Notes under the pieces: model-generated
What the model was told of the DNA's origin: nothing
Databases searched by the model: none
What the model saw: only the letters and a program-made list of their open reading frames with translations
IMG/VR virus record: IMGVR_UViG_3300036893_000013
Location: 32,001 to 96,000 of that record
Length of the DNA stretch: 64,000 bases
From: a virus
Strand: one strand, 5' to 3'
Translations under genes and position numbers: made by a program
Shown: one piece after another, positions 63,614-64,000 of the stretch
Layout: each line of letters begins with the position of its first letter
How positions within the stretch are numbered: the stretch's first letter is position 1

Positions 63614-63831
63614 GCATCGGGCAAATCTTAACTGACTCCGAAGTAGAAAAAGCAGTTGAGATATACAAGTCAGAAAGCACTCATGGATTTGCAAAGAAAG
63701 TTGCAGATCAGATTATCCGCCGCCCACAATTAGCCAGAATCAACGCGACTTTAGGCCAACAAAACGATCCTATGTACCTAGCATATTGTTTGGAATATGC
63801 TATAATCGTTGCTATCACTCGGGGAGGCTGA
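63604..63831 (+). CDS. Hypothetical protein
   Basis: GGAGG RBS before MQISIG; RINATLGQQND..YLAY motif. Confidence 0.7.
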   Translation: MQISIGQILTDSEVEKAVEIYKSESTHGFAKKVADQIIRRPQLARINATLGQQNDPMYLAYCLEYAIIVAITRGG

Positions 63832-63999
63832 ATGAAAGGAAAACCGTTGGATACATGGCAGATATACTGCTTTTGTATTATAGGGGTTACGGGGATAACC
63901 ACTATGGTATACGGCGGGCCGGTATGGTATTATGGCATACCGTTAGCATTGTTGTGTTTCGTTGCTATGTTTGTGGATTTGAACAGGAGGAAGATGTAA
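63832..63999 (+). CDS. Small two-TM membrane protein (55 aa)
   Basis: GGAGG RBS; MKGKPLDTWQIYCFCIIGVTGITTMVYGGPVWYYGIPLALLCFVAMFVDLNRRKM. Confidence 0.6.
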   Translation: MKGKPLDTWQIYCFCIIGVTGITTMVYGGPVWYYGIPLALLCFVAMFVDLNRRKM

Positions 64000-64000
64000 T

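Overview
The window is part of a large tailed dsDNA phage genome, probably podovirus-like (portal, N4-gp56-like capsid, adaptor and nozzle proteins, large ejection proteins, no tape measure or sheath seen). The host is inferred to be a soil diderm, most plausibly Acidobacteria, from the style of the surface-protein domains. Layout: (1) 1-3859, + strand: end of a replication/recombination block (intein-split class II ribonucleotide reductase, AAA ATPase, RecA). (2) 3866-55875, - strand: a very long, mostly translationally coupled morphogenesis region. In transcription order it holds small genes, an HNH endonuclease, two tRNAs with a structured-RNA array, terminase, a GT2 glycosyltransferase, portal, scaffold, capsid, two adaptor paralogs, a ~16 kb tail-appendage block, nozzle and ejection proteins. 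(3) 55876-56567: divergent non-coding switch region. (4) 56568-64000, + strand: early-type small genes in promoter/terminator cassettes plus a vWA-TerC pair. The most striking observation is that eight genes inside the tail module encode Sec-type signal peptides followed by Cys-paired fibre, lectin, beta-helix, Fn3 or GH30 glycosidase domains. Two carry a tailspike-like particle-binding domain right behind the signal peptide. This suggests appendages that are exported, disulfide-folded outside the cytoplasm and only then docked on the virion or displayed on the infected cell. Other notable items are a tRNA-linked array of structured RNAs, a pseudoknotted RNA after the capsid gene, an atypical tRNA-Pro and leaderless consensus promoters. 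All calls are by-eye motif recognition; no searches were run.
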